From Takakia lepidozioides (Eukaryota; Plantae; Bryophyta): DNA of 64,000 nt. The notes under the pieces were generated by a model. The model was not told the origin of the DNA. It saw nothing but the letters and a program-made list of their open reading frames with translations, and made no database searches. A program made the position numbers and the translations under genes. Within the stretch, counting starts at the first letter, position 1; every line of letters starts with the position of its first letter. The stretch spans positions 18,600,001 to 18,664,000 of the forward strand of contig CM060731.1 in assembly GCA_030704615.1 (NCBI GenBank), read 5' to 3'. Below, in pieces: positions 37,790 through 50,400 of the stretch.

Positions 37790-40700
37790 TTACTGTTTGG
37801 GATTAGCAAACCTTTGTGAGCGAGCACCCTTGTGACGTTGAGAGTCTCGTGAAGGACTCCGTGTGCGAGCCCGTGTCCTGTCACTGGTTGAGGGAGATGA
37901 TTGAGCACTACCTGGAAATGTCAGTCCTTCATTTGGCTGATATCAAGGTAATTTTTCAAGCATAGGAGACCCCCGTCGCTTCTTCTCTGCCATATGAATT
38001 GCATAGTCCTCTGCCATGTCAAAAGAGTCCGCTGAAGAAACAGTAGTATCAGAATCGTCTTCCCCCCCCTGAGGTGTTTTAACGGTCGAACTCTAACTGG
38101 AATCCTCTGGGGCATACAATGTGGTCCCACCATGTCTGGAAGTTTAATCTGTAAAACTTGTTGTAAGCGCTGAATTGCAAAATTGGTGAAGACCCTGAAC
38201 TCCTTGTCTGTCCAGGTGAGTGGTGTACCAATGACTTGTGAATTGTGCAAGTTTTTTCCATGCCTCATGGCCCTTAAAGAAAATATCGTCAGGCTCGAAT
38301 TTCTGTGTTGACAAATTGTTCCAGGCCGCATGAAACCATGAACGAATTTGAGAATCCTTTTGTATCATAACTTTTGCCTCATATAGGTACATATGAGGTG
38401 ACACTGCAAGTAAGATCCAATGATCCCCATTGGAATAACTCAGAAAGCGCGATTGCATCTTCTGTTGTTCAATGTGATAACGTGCCAGAAAACAAGCAGC
38501 GTAGTATAGCCCGCAGCCCATGACAATACTTGCTACCTCCTTGGTCTTGGTATAAATGAATCCATGTACAACTTGGAAGGCAATTAATTCCTTCAACATG
38601 GTACTTGCCTCATGCCAGTATCTCGCAAAGTGATGATCCTCAATGGGTCGATTGTTCGGAAGAACCTTAGTCCTAGTTGCCACTGGTAGCCAAATGCGCA
38701 TGATTTGGTAGTAATGTGCCAACGATTGCGGAGGACTAAATTCCTTCCAAGCCAAATCCAACACAATGGGAATTTGGTTGAAGGGCATAATCATAGCCCG
38801 ACTGTACTCCCGTGCAGCAGGAGTTTTAGGTGGGTTAAAAACAGCATCCCCCCATACCTCAGGCTGTGGCGGCTGTGGTGTGGCTGTAGTAACAACAGGG
38901 TCAGCTACTGTCACAGTCACTTGTTGTGGTATTGGTAGCACTGGCTCTTGTACCACTGGCATCTCCTGCACCCCCTGCAAGAAGACTGAAAAGCTAAAGT
39001 TCTGGCTTGTAAATAAGAAGCCATCAGCTGCTCCTCAGGTACAAAGACTCTCTTGTCAATATTTGATGTCAGGTCCTCCACCTGAGTTTGTAGGCCGTCT
39101 ACATCCTCTTGTAGCTCTGCTATCCTACTATAGACATTGTCTATAGTAGTTGTGGCAATGTTCTGCACCTGCAGCCTAAGCTCATTCATCTCGGCTTGGG
39201 TGAGCTTCCGTGGTGCTTTGCCTTCCACCGGTCCTTGTGCTAACCAGACTTGCAGAAGGTGGTTATCCACCAAATTGGTTGTGGTACCTCTGAGAGTCTG
39301 CTCCTCTCTGAGTTTGTACATATCTAACTGCTGCTGTAAAGCCTCCATGCGCTTCGCATGAGGTTCAACCAAACTCGCATAGGCAGCAGCCAGATTATTA
39401 GCCTCCTTCCAAGCCTTGTTTGCCACAGAGAGTTCATTTCTATTGGTCATGAGCGTTTGTTGCAATTCCAGGATGTACCTCTCTTGGGTAGCTTCAACCT
39501 GCCTGTATTGCTTGAAAGTATTCTCATTGCGACAGATTGTATTCTTCATATCAATAATGAGTTTTGTCTGCTCGACATTATCTTGTGCCTTTATACATCT
39601 TTCCGCTTGGTTGTTAACTTCTTTTGTAGTTTGCTCAAGCGTAGTTGTGAGTATAGCACATTGTATGGCCATCCTGTCATGCACTGTCTGCAACTCCGTA
39701 TGTAGTGCATTTACTTCTTGCAACTTGCTCTCATGTTTCACCTGCATTTGATATAGCTGTTGCTTATGTGCTTCGTGCAACTGGTCCTGCGCGAGGCCTG
39801 CTTCAATCAAATGTTCCTTGGCCAACTGCAAAGCAGCTGTTGTATCCTCTAACTCTTGCTGTAACTTGATAGTGACCTCCTCATCAACCTTGTTTGCACA
39901 CTCAGTGGCAAGTCGAGCCTCAAACTCCTTCCTGAGTTCCTCCCTCAAAGCTGCCAATTGGGTAGATGGAACATGGGATTTCACATAAGTGCCCAACAAA
40001 TTAAATGTCCTGCTTATGGAACTCATAAGCATGGCCTGCTGAGGGTCATCATGGTGAGTTTGCTACTGTTCTCCTTGATCCTCAATAGTGTGATGCCTCA
40101 CGAACCATTCAGGCCATTGCCCTACCAGATTTTCTTCCTGAACCACCTCATCCACCACAGGTGCTGCAGTGTCTTGATATTCTCCCCCTTGTACCTCCAT
40201 CACAGGTGTGGTTATTACATGCATAGCAGGGTTTCCCCTGGACACTCGCTGCACCTCTGGAATCATTGTTTCCCTTATCAAGCCGGAATTTTCATAGAGA
40301 AGGTCACCCTTCTCTACTCAATGCTCCTCAAGCTACCCTTGTTGTACTCCTTCTATGGTATTTCCAACCCAAGCATGTGCCGCTCTTTGGCTTCTCTTTC
40401 ACACCATGAACAAGTACTAGAGCTTGCTCTTGAAACCCTAGTGTCTATCTTCTCCACACACAAGACGCTTCTCTTGTGATGCAAGAGCTATTTTCCAAGC
40501 TCTCAAACCCTTAGTGCACATACAAGCACTTACCTTGCAAAACCATGCAAGCTTTGTGATACAAGAGCTCTCTCCTAAGCTCTCCACCTCTGCAAAGTCT
40601 TGCAACTCAAAAGCTCTCTCCTTGAGCTCTCCACCTCTTTGATGCAATGCAAAAACACTCCTCCTTGCAACACCTTGCAAGCCTTGTGAGATACTTGAGC

Positions 40701-41830
40701 TTTCCTAGCTCTCTCACTCCTTGGTGTATACCAACACAAGTGCTAAAACTAATCCTTACACTCCGCACTCACAAGCATAAGGTGATCTTCTTGCAGTGAT
40801 AATGGAAGTGAACACACAATGGAAACACTTCACTCATGAATCCACTCAATCACATAAACTAATTTCGGCCATGACCTGTTCTGTAGTGGGAATGTCTAAT
40901 CTTTCTCCTTCTTGAGCAATTGGGGGTGATGTCACAGCATATACTAATTGTGGAACCTCTAAAACAACAGAGTCAATTGGCTGTGGTGGCTGTGACATTG
41001 AAGTGACTTCCTCTTCCCTCTCTGAAGGCCCTGCTTCCAATAATAGCAGCTCTCTGTGCTGCTGTGCCCCTTCCTGCACAAGAGCTTGGGAAACATTATC
41101 ATGCGGTTTCCGTGAAGCCAGTGGATCCGCCACTACAGTCTTTCCCCGCCTCTATCTCTTAGACTGGGGTTGCACTGCCAGTCCACCCTCACTGTGTGAA
41201 GAGCCTTGCTCTTCCATTGCAGTGGTTTCTGCCTCAAACACTCTCATCTCCTTTCTTTCCCGAGCATCAAGTATGCAAGAATCAAGAATTATTTGAGCAA
41301 TGATTGGGCCCGACACAATGATCGGAGACTTTGTAGCAGTGCCTTGTAACCTCTTCATCTCGTCCACCAATCCGTTGTACATTAGCTCCGCCCAAGCGAC
41401 ATCTTCTCCCCTCAAAGCTTTCAGGATCTCTTCTGTGAAAGACCTGCTCAAATATTGTTGGTTCTGTTTCATGGCAAACAGAATGTTCAAGATTTGGCCA
41501 ACCTCCCTAAGCCCTGGGTACTCGGTTTTGGTACAAGCAAAACCTTGAGTTTTAAAGAAACTCCCTTCTTGGAACAAATTCTCTATCCGCAATCTTGCCC
41601 TGTGCTCATCCACCTCCACATGTCCTGATGGCAAATCAAACAGTTGCTGCAGGTACTGGGGAGTAATTTCTATATCTACTCCCCTCACCTGAGTATCCGA
41701 GGCTCAAAGTTTTGGAGAAATTGTATCATGAACTGCTGATGATGCAAGGACCAGTCTTTGCGTAGCAATCCCTCCAATCGCAGCTCCTTCAGTAGCTGCA
41801 CCGCCTGTTGTAATCTCTTATTTCCGCCAT
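37790..41830 (-). pseudogene. Extra 3' ORF of element C, decayed
   Basis: Aligns with 47490-51257. Has frameshifts, a TAG at 41152, a ~280-bp deletion near 41815 and a ~540-bp insertion. Confidence 0.85.
40318..40858 (-). mobile_element. ~540-bp insertion, LTR-like fragment
   Basis: Absent from the homologous site in E (~50012). Similar to 605-745. No clean TG...CA ends or clear duplication. Confidence 0.6.
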
Positions 41831-42388
41831 AGCTTCAAAGCTATATCTTTGATTGTCTCTCCTGATGAGATGCCCGTTACTTGGAACGACGCCGACTCTT
41901 GCGCTCAGAATCCCTCCATTTTCTTGATTTTGTTTCTTGGTAATTACCCTCTGCAGATAATTCTGGCTGGTGATTGGCTATTGGCTATGTGATTTGTTTT
42001 GTAATTTAATTTCCTCCCATGGATTTTCCACTCTGGACTGTCCACTAGGATAGCACATGTGACATGGATTTCGCTTTTCGGTACTTTTAAAGGGTTCCGT
42101 TACCCTTTCCCTGTTTGCATTAATGGGCCCATAATAAGTTAATGTCCCGGGTAGGTACTTTGACGGCCAATTTTGTCTTCTTCTTTGATGACACTCGTCT
42201 TTGCAATCCATGGCCGGCTGTGTGTCTCGCCCTGGCGTCCACGTGTCTATTTTTAAACGTGCCTCCGTCCACTTTTCCGCCGGCCACTCTCCGGATGTTA
42301 ACCCACGTCCACCTGTCACTAATCCTATGGATTGTGTAACCCCAGTAGGCTGTGTTGAGCTGTGACAGGCTGTGTCATACTGTGGTAC

Positions 42389-44618
42389 TGTAGTGTGAAA
42401 AGAAGGGGCGTGAATCCCCTTCTGGGTGATTCTAATCTGTACTCCTCCTCAGTTGAAGGCAAAGCAAAAGGAAGGAACGTTCTAGTGATCCAGCCATCTT
42501 CACATGGCTGTGGATTTCCCTTAGTTCATTCGTGATCAGAGTTCATGCAATCCTCATCCACGCCGCAGAGAAGAGAAGACATGGATGGGGAGTTTTGAAT
42601 TGTTCTTGGTCTTGGTTCTATTTTTATACAACATCCTTGCCCTATGATCACAGTGCCAACAGTGCTGCCATGATCTTTTCTGTGATGCAACCAGCCCTAT
42701 GACAGCGCTGAACACGACCCTTAATGTGAAGCTCCCTTGAGCAGTGACACGTCGGAAGCACCCTTTTGTAATGATGACACAGATTTAGAGGGAGGCAGCT
42801 CAGATCTGCCATGAACTGCAGGGCCACTGGTCTCTTTCAGGATTCATGTTTTCTTCATCTTATTTCCCCAAATTGGCCATCCCCCATCAACCCCTTTTAC
42901 TGAGCAGCTCTCTCCCTTCCCAAATCCTTTTCTCTCTCTCTCTAATCTTGGTCTACAGGTTCCTCACTTCTTCAACAGCAGCATATCTACCATGCAATGC
43001 AATGCACAACTCAGCCAGGCATCCAGTGCACCCAGCCTTGAAATCATCCTCGGTCACACAAGGCATAACCATCCCATTCATCAGTGTCTCTCTCTCTCTC
43101 TCTCTCTCTCTCGTCAATGACCAGCCCTTCACACTACCTTTTTCCAAAAGAAGCCATTGCCCAAACAGCTCTCAGCCTTTCTATAGGTTTCAACCAAATA
43201 CCCCAACAGCCCTCTTTTCCCTTCAACTATGAACCTCAGTTGTTCATACCCTGAGACCATGCTGGAAACTAGTTCCAAAAGAAAAACAAATCAGTGCCGG
43301 TGTTGCCTCCCCTTCCACATCATCCTTTCTCTATTTTCAACAGTTCTAACTAACCCTCACTAGTGTTTTCAATCAGCCAAGCTAGGCCTACATTGGTTCC
43401 AGTGTATCAATACCCAGGGCAGCATTGTGTGCAGGTTCATAACACTGAAACAAAGAACAAGAATGAAGATAAACACTGACCATTCTGATTCAGTGACAAG
43501 CAGTCCCTCCACCACTCATTTCTCCTACTGACACTATAACATCAGGTGCATCCATCCTTTCCCTATCCTGGTTTGAAGTTTCAGAGTCTCCATTCCATTT
43601 CCAAAACCTTTTCCTCCATCACATATCTCTACCTCCTTCTCCTCTACATAGAGCCAGTCCTAAATCCACACCAAAACGATTTCTAAGTCACCACTCCCCC
43701 AAAAACCGAAGCCCACAGTCTACGAACTTATCTGTTTTATCCTCCAGCGAAGCGGTGGATCTGCCTGCCAAGATGGCACCTCACCATCGCCTGTCAGCAG
43801 CCACTTCAACCTATTCTCCTTGTCTTGATTCCAGTATTTATCATGCCATGATGGCTCCTCTTCATCCTATGGAACATCTTGTGGCTTGCCAACTAAATAC
43901 TCTATCCTTCTATGCGTGCAATTCTTCCCTAGGAATTGATATGGTCCTATAGTAAGATGACACAAAAGCAGCTATAAGCTTTGATTACAGATAACCTGAG
44001 TTGCCATCCAGCCATCACTTCACATGCCTCATCCCCTCCATTGATTGTGCCCATAACTCACTTCCTTGTGCTTCCGGCAGCTGGCCGTTTTCCTTGCTTG
44101 CTCATCTGCCCATAACTGTTTTCTTCAAGGCAATGGCGACAGCGGTGGTGCGCCGCTCTTCTTACATGCTCCTACTCCAGGAATTGATCATCACTACGAG
44201 AGAAGCGGCACCGCTTTCCTTTACACATAATACCAAGCAGAAGCACTTAATGCCGCTCTCAAAACCTTGCAGAGTCCCATAGCGTAGGTACAACCTCCCA
44301 CAAACTGACGGCCCTGACAACCCCACTGCTCGCAGCAGCTGCTAAGAGTTGCCCGTCATCTTCCTCTTCGTTTTCCTCAACCCGCGTTTCTAGGTTAAAC
44401 ACCTGGGATGAAAACGTGCATCCTACGGATGAAAATACGCATGGTCATGACTTAGCCATTTTTATCCTGGCAAAGCATAAGCACAGTATGCCCATGAAAT
44501 TACCTGTATGCAGGGATATATCCCTCCTGCAGTTGTACAATGGGCACTCCCGTTGTAGTGATGCAGGGTCTTAACGGTAAGACAAAATGTAATGTCACTC
44601 CCCTGCATTCACACTACA
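42389..44618 (-). repeat. 3' LTR of Ty3/gypsy element D (~2.23 kb)
   Basis: 11-bp terminal inverted repeat TGTAGTGTGAA / TTCACACTACA, lying just downstream of the integrase stop and an AAAAAGGGAGA purine tract. Confidence 0.75.
43086..43112. repeat. (CT)n microsatellite
   Basis: About 13 TC units. Confidence 0.9.
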
Positions 44619-44638
44619 TATGTAGTGTGTCTCCCTTT

Positions 44639-46402
44639 TTAAGTGTCAGGGTCCTCACTGACCACCTTCACTGGCTGACCACCCACTGGTGGTATGAATG
44701 GTTTCAAATCCCGCCTACTTCTTACCCATTCCTTGTTTGCCCCATCTCTTAGCCTGCATCTGCGTGCAGCTTCCCCTGTCCTTGTGGTGTTTCCCGCATC
44801 TTTGTACCCCAAAAAGTCATAGGGTCCCTCCCATGGAGATGTCATGGAAGACCTCTTTCCAGGCCTCAACATCATCACCTTGCTGTTCTCTATCAACTTG
44901 CAGTAGCTGCGCCCTGCTTGATGTCTCCTTTCATAATCCCTTGCCTGCTGACGCTGCCCTTTCTTCACATTTTTCCGCAGCTTAGCCTTTATCTCTGATA
45001 GGAGCTGGATTTTCTGCTGCATCATCAGTGTGACCTCTGCAACAGATCCCTCAAAATTTACTGCTGCTGTAAGAAAGTGCAACCTGTTATCGATCCCAAG
45101 TCTTGGAATCCTACCAGTCAACACTTGAAAAGGTGAGAATCCTGTTGAAGCATGAACACCCATTCTGTAACCAAACAAGGCTTTGTATAGGTTCTGATCC
45201 CACTCAGTGTCGTTTCCAACTCCCAAGGTGGTGATGCTCTGCTTGAGGGACTTAATCACCCTTTCCACCATTCCGTTACACTGAGGCCAGTAGGGAGCGC
45301 TATGCTCTCTTTTTATACCATATTCGCGGCATGCATCTTCTAACTCACCTCCCCACTCCGTGCCATTGTCAGTGAGCAATGTGTGGGGGCAGCTATACCT
45401 GTTAATGACTTCTTCCACTAGAAAGCGGGCAGTAAGTGCTGTTGTATGATCTGCCATTGGTGCAGCCTCTATCCATTTTGAGAAGTGATCTATTGCTACC
45501 AGAAAGTACTGATTGCCCCTGCTGGTTATGGGTAATGGCTTTGCTGTGTCAATTGCAACTCTGAAAAACAGATCCACAACTGGAATGCTGTGAAGTTTTG
45601 AGCTACCTGAGCGTAACACTCCGTTCTGTTTGGTCATCTGACATTCTCCACAGCCCTTGAGTACTTGCCTGATGAGTTTCGTTCTGTCATGCCAGAAATA
45701 CCGTCGACATATCTCTTCTTGTGTTCTCCGGATTCCAAAATGGCCAGTGGCCTTATGCACTTCATTGATTATTGCCTCTCTGTCCGTTCTTGGTGGAACT
45801 ACCCTTCCCTCAAAGTAGACTTCCCCTTTGAGATAGGAGTACTGCCTTGCCCGCTTGCTGGCTCTCTTGCTTTCTTCCTTTGTCAAATAGTCATTGACTT
45901 CTCCAAAACACAAGAGATGCATAACTTCCACATCATCAAGTACATCAGGTTGTCTTTCCTCCTTAACAGCTGCTATATGATTGTCAGAGCTGATGAGAGA
46001 GTCTTCCCCCCATCTTTCAGCTGCACGTAATAGTGACATCTGAGTAGCTTTGGTGGGTGTGCTCCATGGCACCCAGTCCCCTTTAACATCCTTGTTGCAA
46101 GAAGAAGTTTCTTGCCCTGAACAACGTGATCCATTACTGTCTGAAGAATAAAATGTCTTGGTGGAACACTCACCCCCCATGTGTCCTTCAGCTGGGCATT
46201 TTGATGAGGAGGTCACCCAAATTCTTCTTGTTGTCTCTGTGTATATAGAGTGTTGAAGGAATGGTGTTTCTAGTGAGCTTCCCTTTTCATTGTTTGATCG
46301 TTCTTCCACAAGTTCACAGGCTGGCTGTACCTTGCTTAGCTCCTGATCACAAGCATGAGATCCTCGGGTAATCACATGGATGGTGGGACAAGAGGACATC
46401 AG
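44639..46402 (-). CDS. Element D pol C-terminus: long linker plus integrase (open frame, separated from the upstream part by E)
   Basis: HKATGH...CGEC, AIDTA, LTDNGTEW, MVERVI, EGPY. No chromodomain. The frame joins 59710 onward (KEGEDL-MSSC) when E is removed. Confidence 0.88.
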   Translation of the reverse strand: MMSSCPTIHVITRGSHACDQELSKVQPACELVEERSNNEKGSSLETPFLQHSIYTETTRRIWVTSSSKCPAEGHMGGECSTKTFYSSDSNGSRCSGQETSSCNKDVKGDWVPWSTPTKATQMSLLRAAERWGEDSLISSDNHIAAVKEERQPDVLDDVEVMHLLCFGEVNDYLTKEESKRASKRARQYSYLKGEVYFEGRVVPPRTDREAIINEVHKATGHFGIRRTQEEICRRYFWHDRTKLIRQVLKGCGECQMTKQNGVLRSGSSKLHSIPVVDLFFRVAIDTAKPLPITSRGNQYFLVAIDHFSKWIEAAPMADHTTALTARFLVEEVINRYSCPHTLLTDNGTEWGGELEDACREYGIKREHSAPYWPQCNGMVERVIKSLKQSITTLGVGNDTEWDQNLYKALFGYRMGVHASTGFSPFQVLTGRIPRLGIDNRLHFLTAAVNFEGSVAEVTLMMQQKIQLLSEIKAKLRKNVKKGQRQQARDYERRHQAGRSYCKLIENSKVMMLRPGKRSSMTSPWEGPYDFLGYKDAGNTTRTGEAARRCRLRDGANKEWVRSRRDLKPFIPPVGGQPVKVVSEDPDT

Positions 46403-47451
46403 TGTCACGCGGCTTTTACTCACCCATCCCTTCGCTATCCGAGGTGGAAACTCCAAGATAGAAGAGTTGGAAATCTCTAAGTACTCAGCCCACGCAGAAC
46501 AATCAGTCATGACCTACAGCTAGTGTATCATGGGGGTGTTTCCTCTTTGTTTCCCTTTTGGCATTCATGTTAGCTACCTTACCATTGATAATTAAGTATC
46601 AGTTTGCTTCATCAATTTATCGGATTCCATCAACCCATCCATTCATTCCACAGCTTCACTCAGATCTCTCTACACAGTGTGGTTGTATCGTATAAGTATC
46701 AGATTATGATTTATCAGGTATCAGGCCGAAGCCATTGTGTCTCTAATCTGCTCTACAATATCACTACAGTTTTGCATATAACAAGCATCTACTAATCATC
46801 TCTCCTCCTTCACCGTGCTCTCCATCTTTGCTTCCGTTCTTACTCTCCGCCCGATCCTCTCTCTCTCCTGACGTGCTTCCAAGAATCATCCCCAAAAAAG
46901 CCCCCTACTCAGTCCTTGCTTCTCCCTTTATCTTCCTACCCGTGGCTCTAACCGTTTCCCTCACTAACCATCGTCCGTGAACTAACATGTTCCATTTGCA
47001 GGTGTTGTTCCCCACAGTCGTTCCCTGTCCTGCTCTCCGTTCCCTATGATCGTGACAGCTGTGTCAAGCTGTGACTGGCTGTGTGAAACTGTGACGGGCT
47101 ATGATTGGCTGTGTCGGGCTGTGACTGGCTGTGTGGCTGTGTCGGCTGTGACGGCTGTGACTGGCTGTGTGGTTGTGTCGGCTGTGACGGGCTGTGTTGG
47201 CTGTGATGGCTGTGTCGGGCTGTGACGAGCTGTGCTGACTGTGTCTGGCTGTGTCGGCTGTGACGGGCTGTGTTGGCTGTGTTGGCTGTGACGACTGTGA
47301 CGGGCTGTGTTGGCTGTGACGGGTTGTGTAACCCCCCTCTACAGTGCGCTGCTGTCACCCCTAAGGCTCATGTTGGTCTCAGTCTGTGCAAAAATTAAGG
47401 GTACCCTACAGATCCCGTATAAGTGTCTAAGTCCCAGACAATCCTCTAACA
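46403..47451 (-). repeat. 3' LTR of element E
   Basis: TGTTAGAGG...GCGTGACA. Matches 58661-59704. CACAGCC array at 47055-47330. Confidence 0.95.
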
Positions 47452-47454
47452 TTA

Positions 47455-47468
47455 CCCCTTCCCCTCTC
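47455..47468 (-). promoter_or_regulatory. Polypurine tract of element E
   Basis: GAGAGGGGAAGGGG three bases before the 3' LTR. Confidence 0.85.
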
Positions 47469-47489
47469 AAAAAGCCGTGTCCTCACGGT

Positions 47490-50400
47490 TTACTGATTGC
47501 GATTAGCAAACCTTTGTGAGTGAGCACCTTTCTGACGTTGAGAGTTTCGTGGCGGACTATGTGTACGAGCCCGAGGTCTGTCTCTGGTTGACGGAGATGT
47601 TTGAACACTACCTGGATAAGTGAGGCCCTCTTGAGGCTGATATCGAGGTAACCTTTCAGGCATAGGAGACCCCCGTTGCTTCTTCTCTGCCATCTGAATT
47701 GCATAGTCTTCTCCCATGTCAAAAGAATTCGGTGAAGAAACAGTTGTATCAGAATCCTCATCGCCTCTCAGGTGTTTTAATTTTCGAACTTTTTGTGGAA
47801 TCCTCTGGGGCATACAATGTTGTCCTACCATGTCTGGAAGTTTATATTTTACAACTTGGTGTAACTGCTGAACAGCAAAATTGGTGTAGATACTGAGCTC
47901 CTTGTCTGTCCAGGTGAGTGGGGTACCAATTACTTGTGCAGCGTGCAAGTATTTCCATGCCACATGTCCCTTATAGAAAATATCATCAATGCCGAATTTC
48001 TGTGTTGACAAATTGTTCCAGGCCGCTTGAAACCATGAACGAATTTGAGAATCCTTTTGCATCATAATTTTTGCCTCATATAGGTACATATGAGGTGGCA
48101 CTGAAGGTAAGATCCAATGATCCCCACTGGAATAACTCAGAAAGCGCGCTTGCATCTTTTGTTGCTCAATGTGATAACGTACCAGAAAACAAGCAGCGTA
48201 GTATAACCCGCATCCCATGACAATACTTGCTACCTCCTTGGTCTTGGTATAAATGAATCCATGTACAACCTGGAAAGCAATTAATTCCCTCAACATGGTA
48301 CCTGCCTCATGCCAGTATTGTGCAAAGTGATGATCCTCAATTGGTCGATTGTTCGGAAGAACTTTAGTCCTAGTTGCCACTGGCAGCCAAATGCGCATGA
48401 TTTGGTAGTAATGTGCGAATGACTGCAGAGGACTAAATTCTTTCCAAGCCAAATCCAACATGATGGGAATTTGGTTGAAGGGCATAATCATAGCCCTACT
48501 GTACTCCCTTGCAGCTGGAGTTTTAGGTGGGTTAAAAGCAGCATTGCCCCATACCTCAGGCTGTGGTGGCTGCGGTGTGGTTGTAGTAACAACAGGTTCA
48601 GCTACTCGTACAGTGACTTGTTGTGGTGTTGGTGGTACTGGCTCTTGTATCATTGGCATTTCCTACACCTCCTGTGAAGACTGAAAAGCCAAAGTTCTGG
48701 CTTGTAAATAAGAAGCCATTAGCTGTCCCTGAGGGATATAGACTCTTTTGTCTATGTTTGAAGTGAGGTCCTCCACTTGAGTCTGCAGTCCGTCTACATC
48801 CTCCTGTAACTCTGATATCCTACTATAGACATTGTCTATAGTAGTTGTGGCAATGTTCTGCACTTGCAGTCTGAGCTCATTCATTTCGCTTTGGGTGAGC
48901 TTTCGTGGTGCTTTGCCCTCCACTGGCCCTTGTGCTAACCAGACCTGCATAAGGCTATTATCCACCAAGTTGCTTGTGGTTCCCCTGAGAGTGTGCTCCT
49001 CTCTTAGTTTGTACACTTCTAACTGCTGTTGTAAGGCCTCCATGCGCTTCGCATGAGGTTCAACCAAATTCGCATAGGCAGCAAGTAGATTATTAGCTTC
49101 CTTCCAAGCCTTGTTAGTGACCGTGATTTCAGTTCTATTGGCCATGAGCGTTTGTTGCAACTCCACGATGTGCTTCTCTTGATCAGCTTCAACCTGCCTG
49201 TATCGCTTGAAAGTATCCTCATTGCGACAGATTGTATTCTTCATATCGACAATGAGTTTCATTTGTTCAACATTCTCTTCTTCTGCCTTCGTACATTTTT
49301 CCGCTTGACTGTTTATCTCTTTTGTAGATTGGTCAAGCATAGTTGTGAATGTAGCACATTGTATGGCCATCCTGTCATGCACTGTCTGCAACTCCGTATG
49401 TAGTGTATTCACTTCTTGCAACTTGCTTTCATGCTGCACCTGCATTTGGTATAGCTGTTGCTTATGTGCTTCGTGCAACTGGTCTTGCGCGAGGCCTGCC
49501 TCAATCAATTGTTCCTTGGCCAATTGCAAAGCCGCTTCTGTATTTTCCAAGTCCTGCTGCATTTTGAGAGTGACCTCTTCATTGACCTTGTTTGCACACT
49601 CAGTGGCTAGTCGAGCCTCAAACTCCTTCCTGAGTTCTTCTCTCAAGGCTGTCAATTGGGTAGTTGGAACATGGGATTTGACATAAGTCCCCAACAAATT
49701 AAGTGTCCTGCCTATGGAACTCATCAGCATTGTCTGTTGAGGGTCATCATGGTGAGGTTGCTGCTGTTCCTCCTGATCCTCAACAGTGTGATGTCTCACG
49801 AACCACTCAGGCCATTGTCCCACCGGATTTTCTTCCTGAACCACTTCATCTATCACCGGTGCTACAGTGTCATGACCTTCTGCCTGTGGTACCTCCGACA
49901 CAGGTGTGTGTATTATATGCACCTCAGGATTTCCCTTGGGCAACTGTTGCACCTCTGGAATCTCTGTCTCCTTGACCAGACCAGAATATTCATAGAGAAG
50001 GTCCCCCTTCTCAATTTCTGCCACTATCTGTTCTGTAGTTGGAATATCTAACCCTTCTCTTTCCAAATCAATTATTTCTGGTTGAGCTGCATGGACAACT
50101 TGTAACCTTGTGACAAACCGATCAGCTGGCTGTGATGGTTGTGATACTGAAGTAACTTCCTCCTCCCTCTCTGAAGGTCTTGCTTCCAGTAATAGCAGTT
50201 CTCTGTGCTGCTGTGCCCCTTCCTACACATGAGCTTGGGAAACATTATCATGCGGAATCCGTGAAGCCAGTGGATCCGCCAGTATAGTCTTTCCCCGTCT
50301 CTGCCTCTTAGTCTCGGGTTGCCCTGCTAGTCCACCCTCACTGTGTGAAGAGCCTTGCTCTTCCATTGCAGTGGTTTCTGGCTCAAACACTCCCATCTCC

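Larger units (their letters stand above)
36761..42388 (-). mobile_element. Ty3/gypsy element C (older relative of E/F): 3' LTR, PPT and extra ORF, interrupted by element D
   Basis: Colinear with 46403-51772. Homology stops at GGTAC (42384-42388), where the D LTR begins. Confidence 0.9.
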
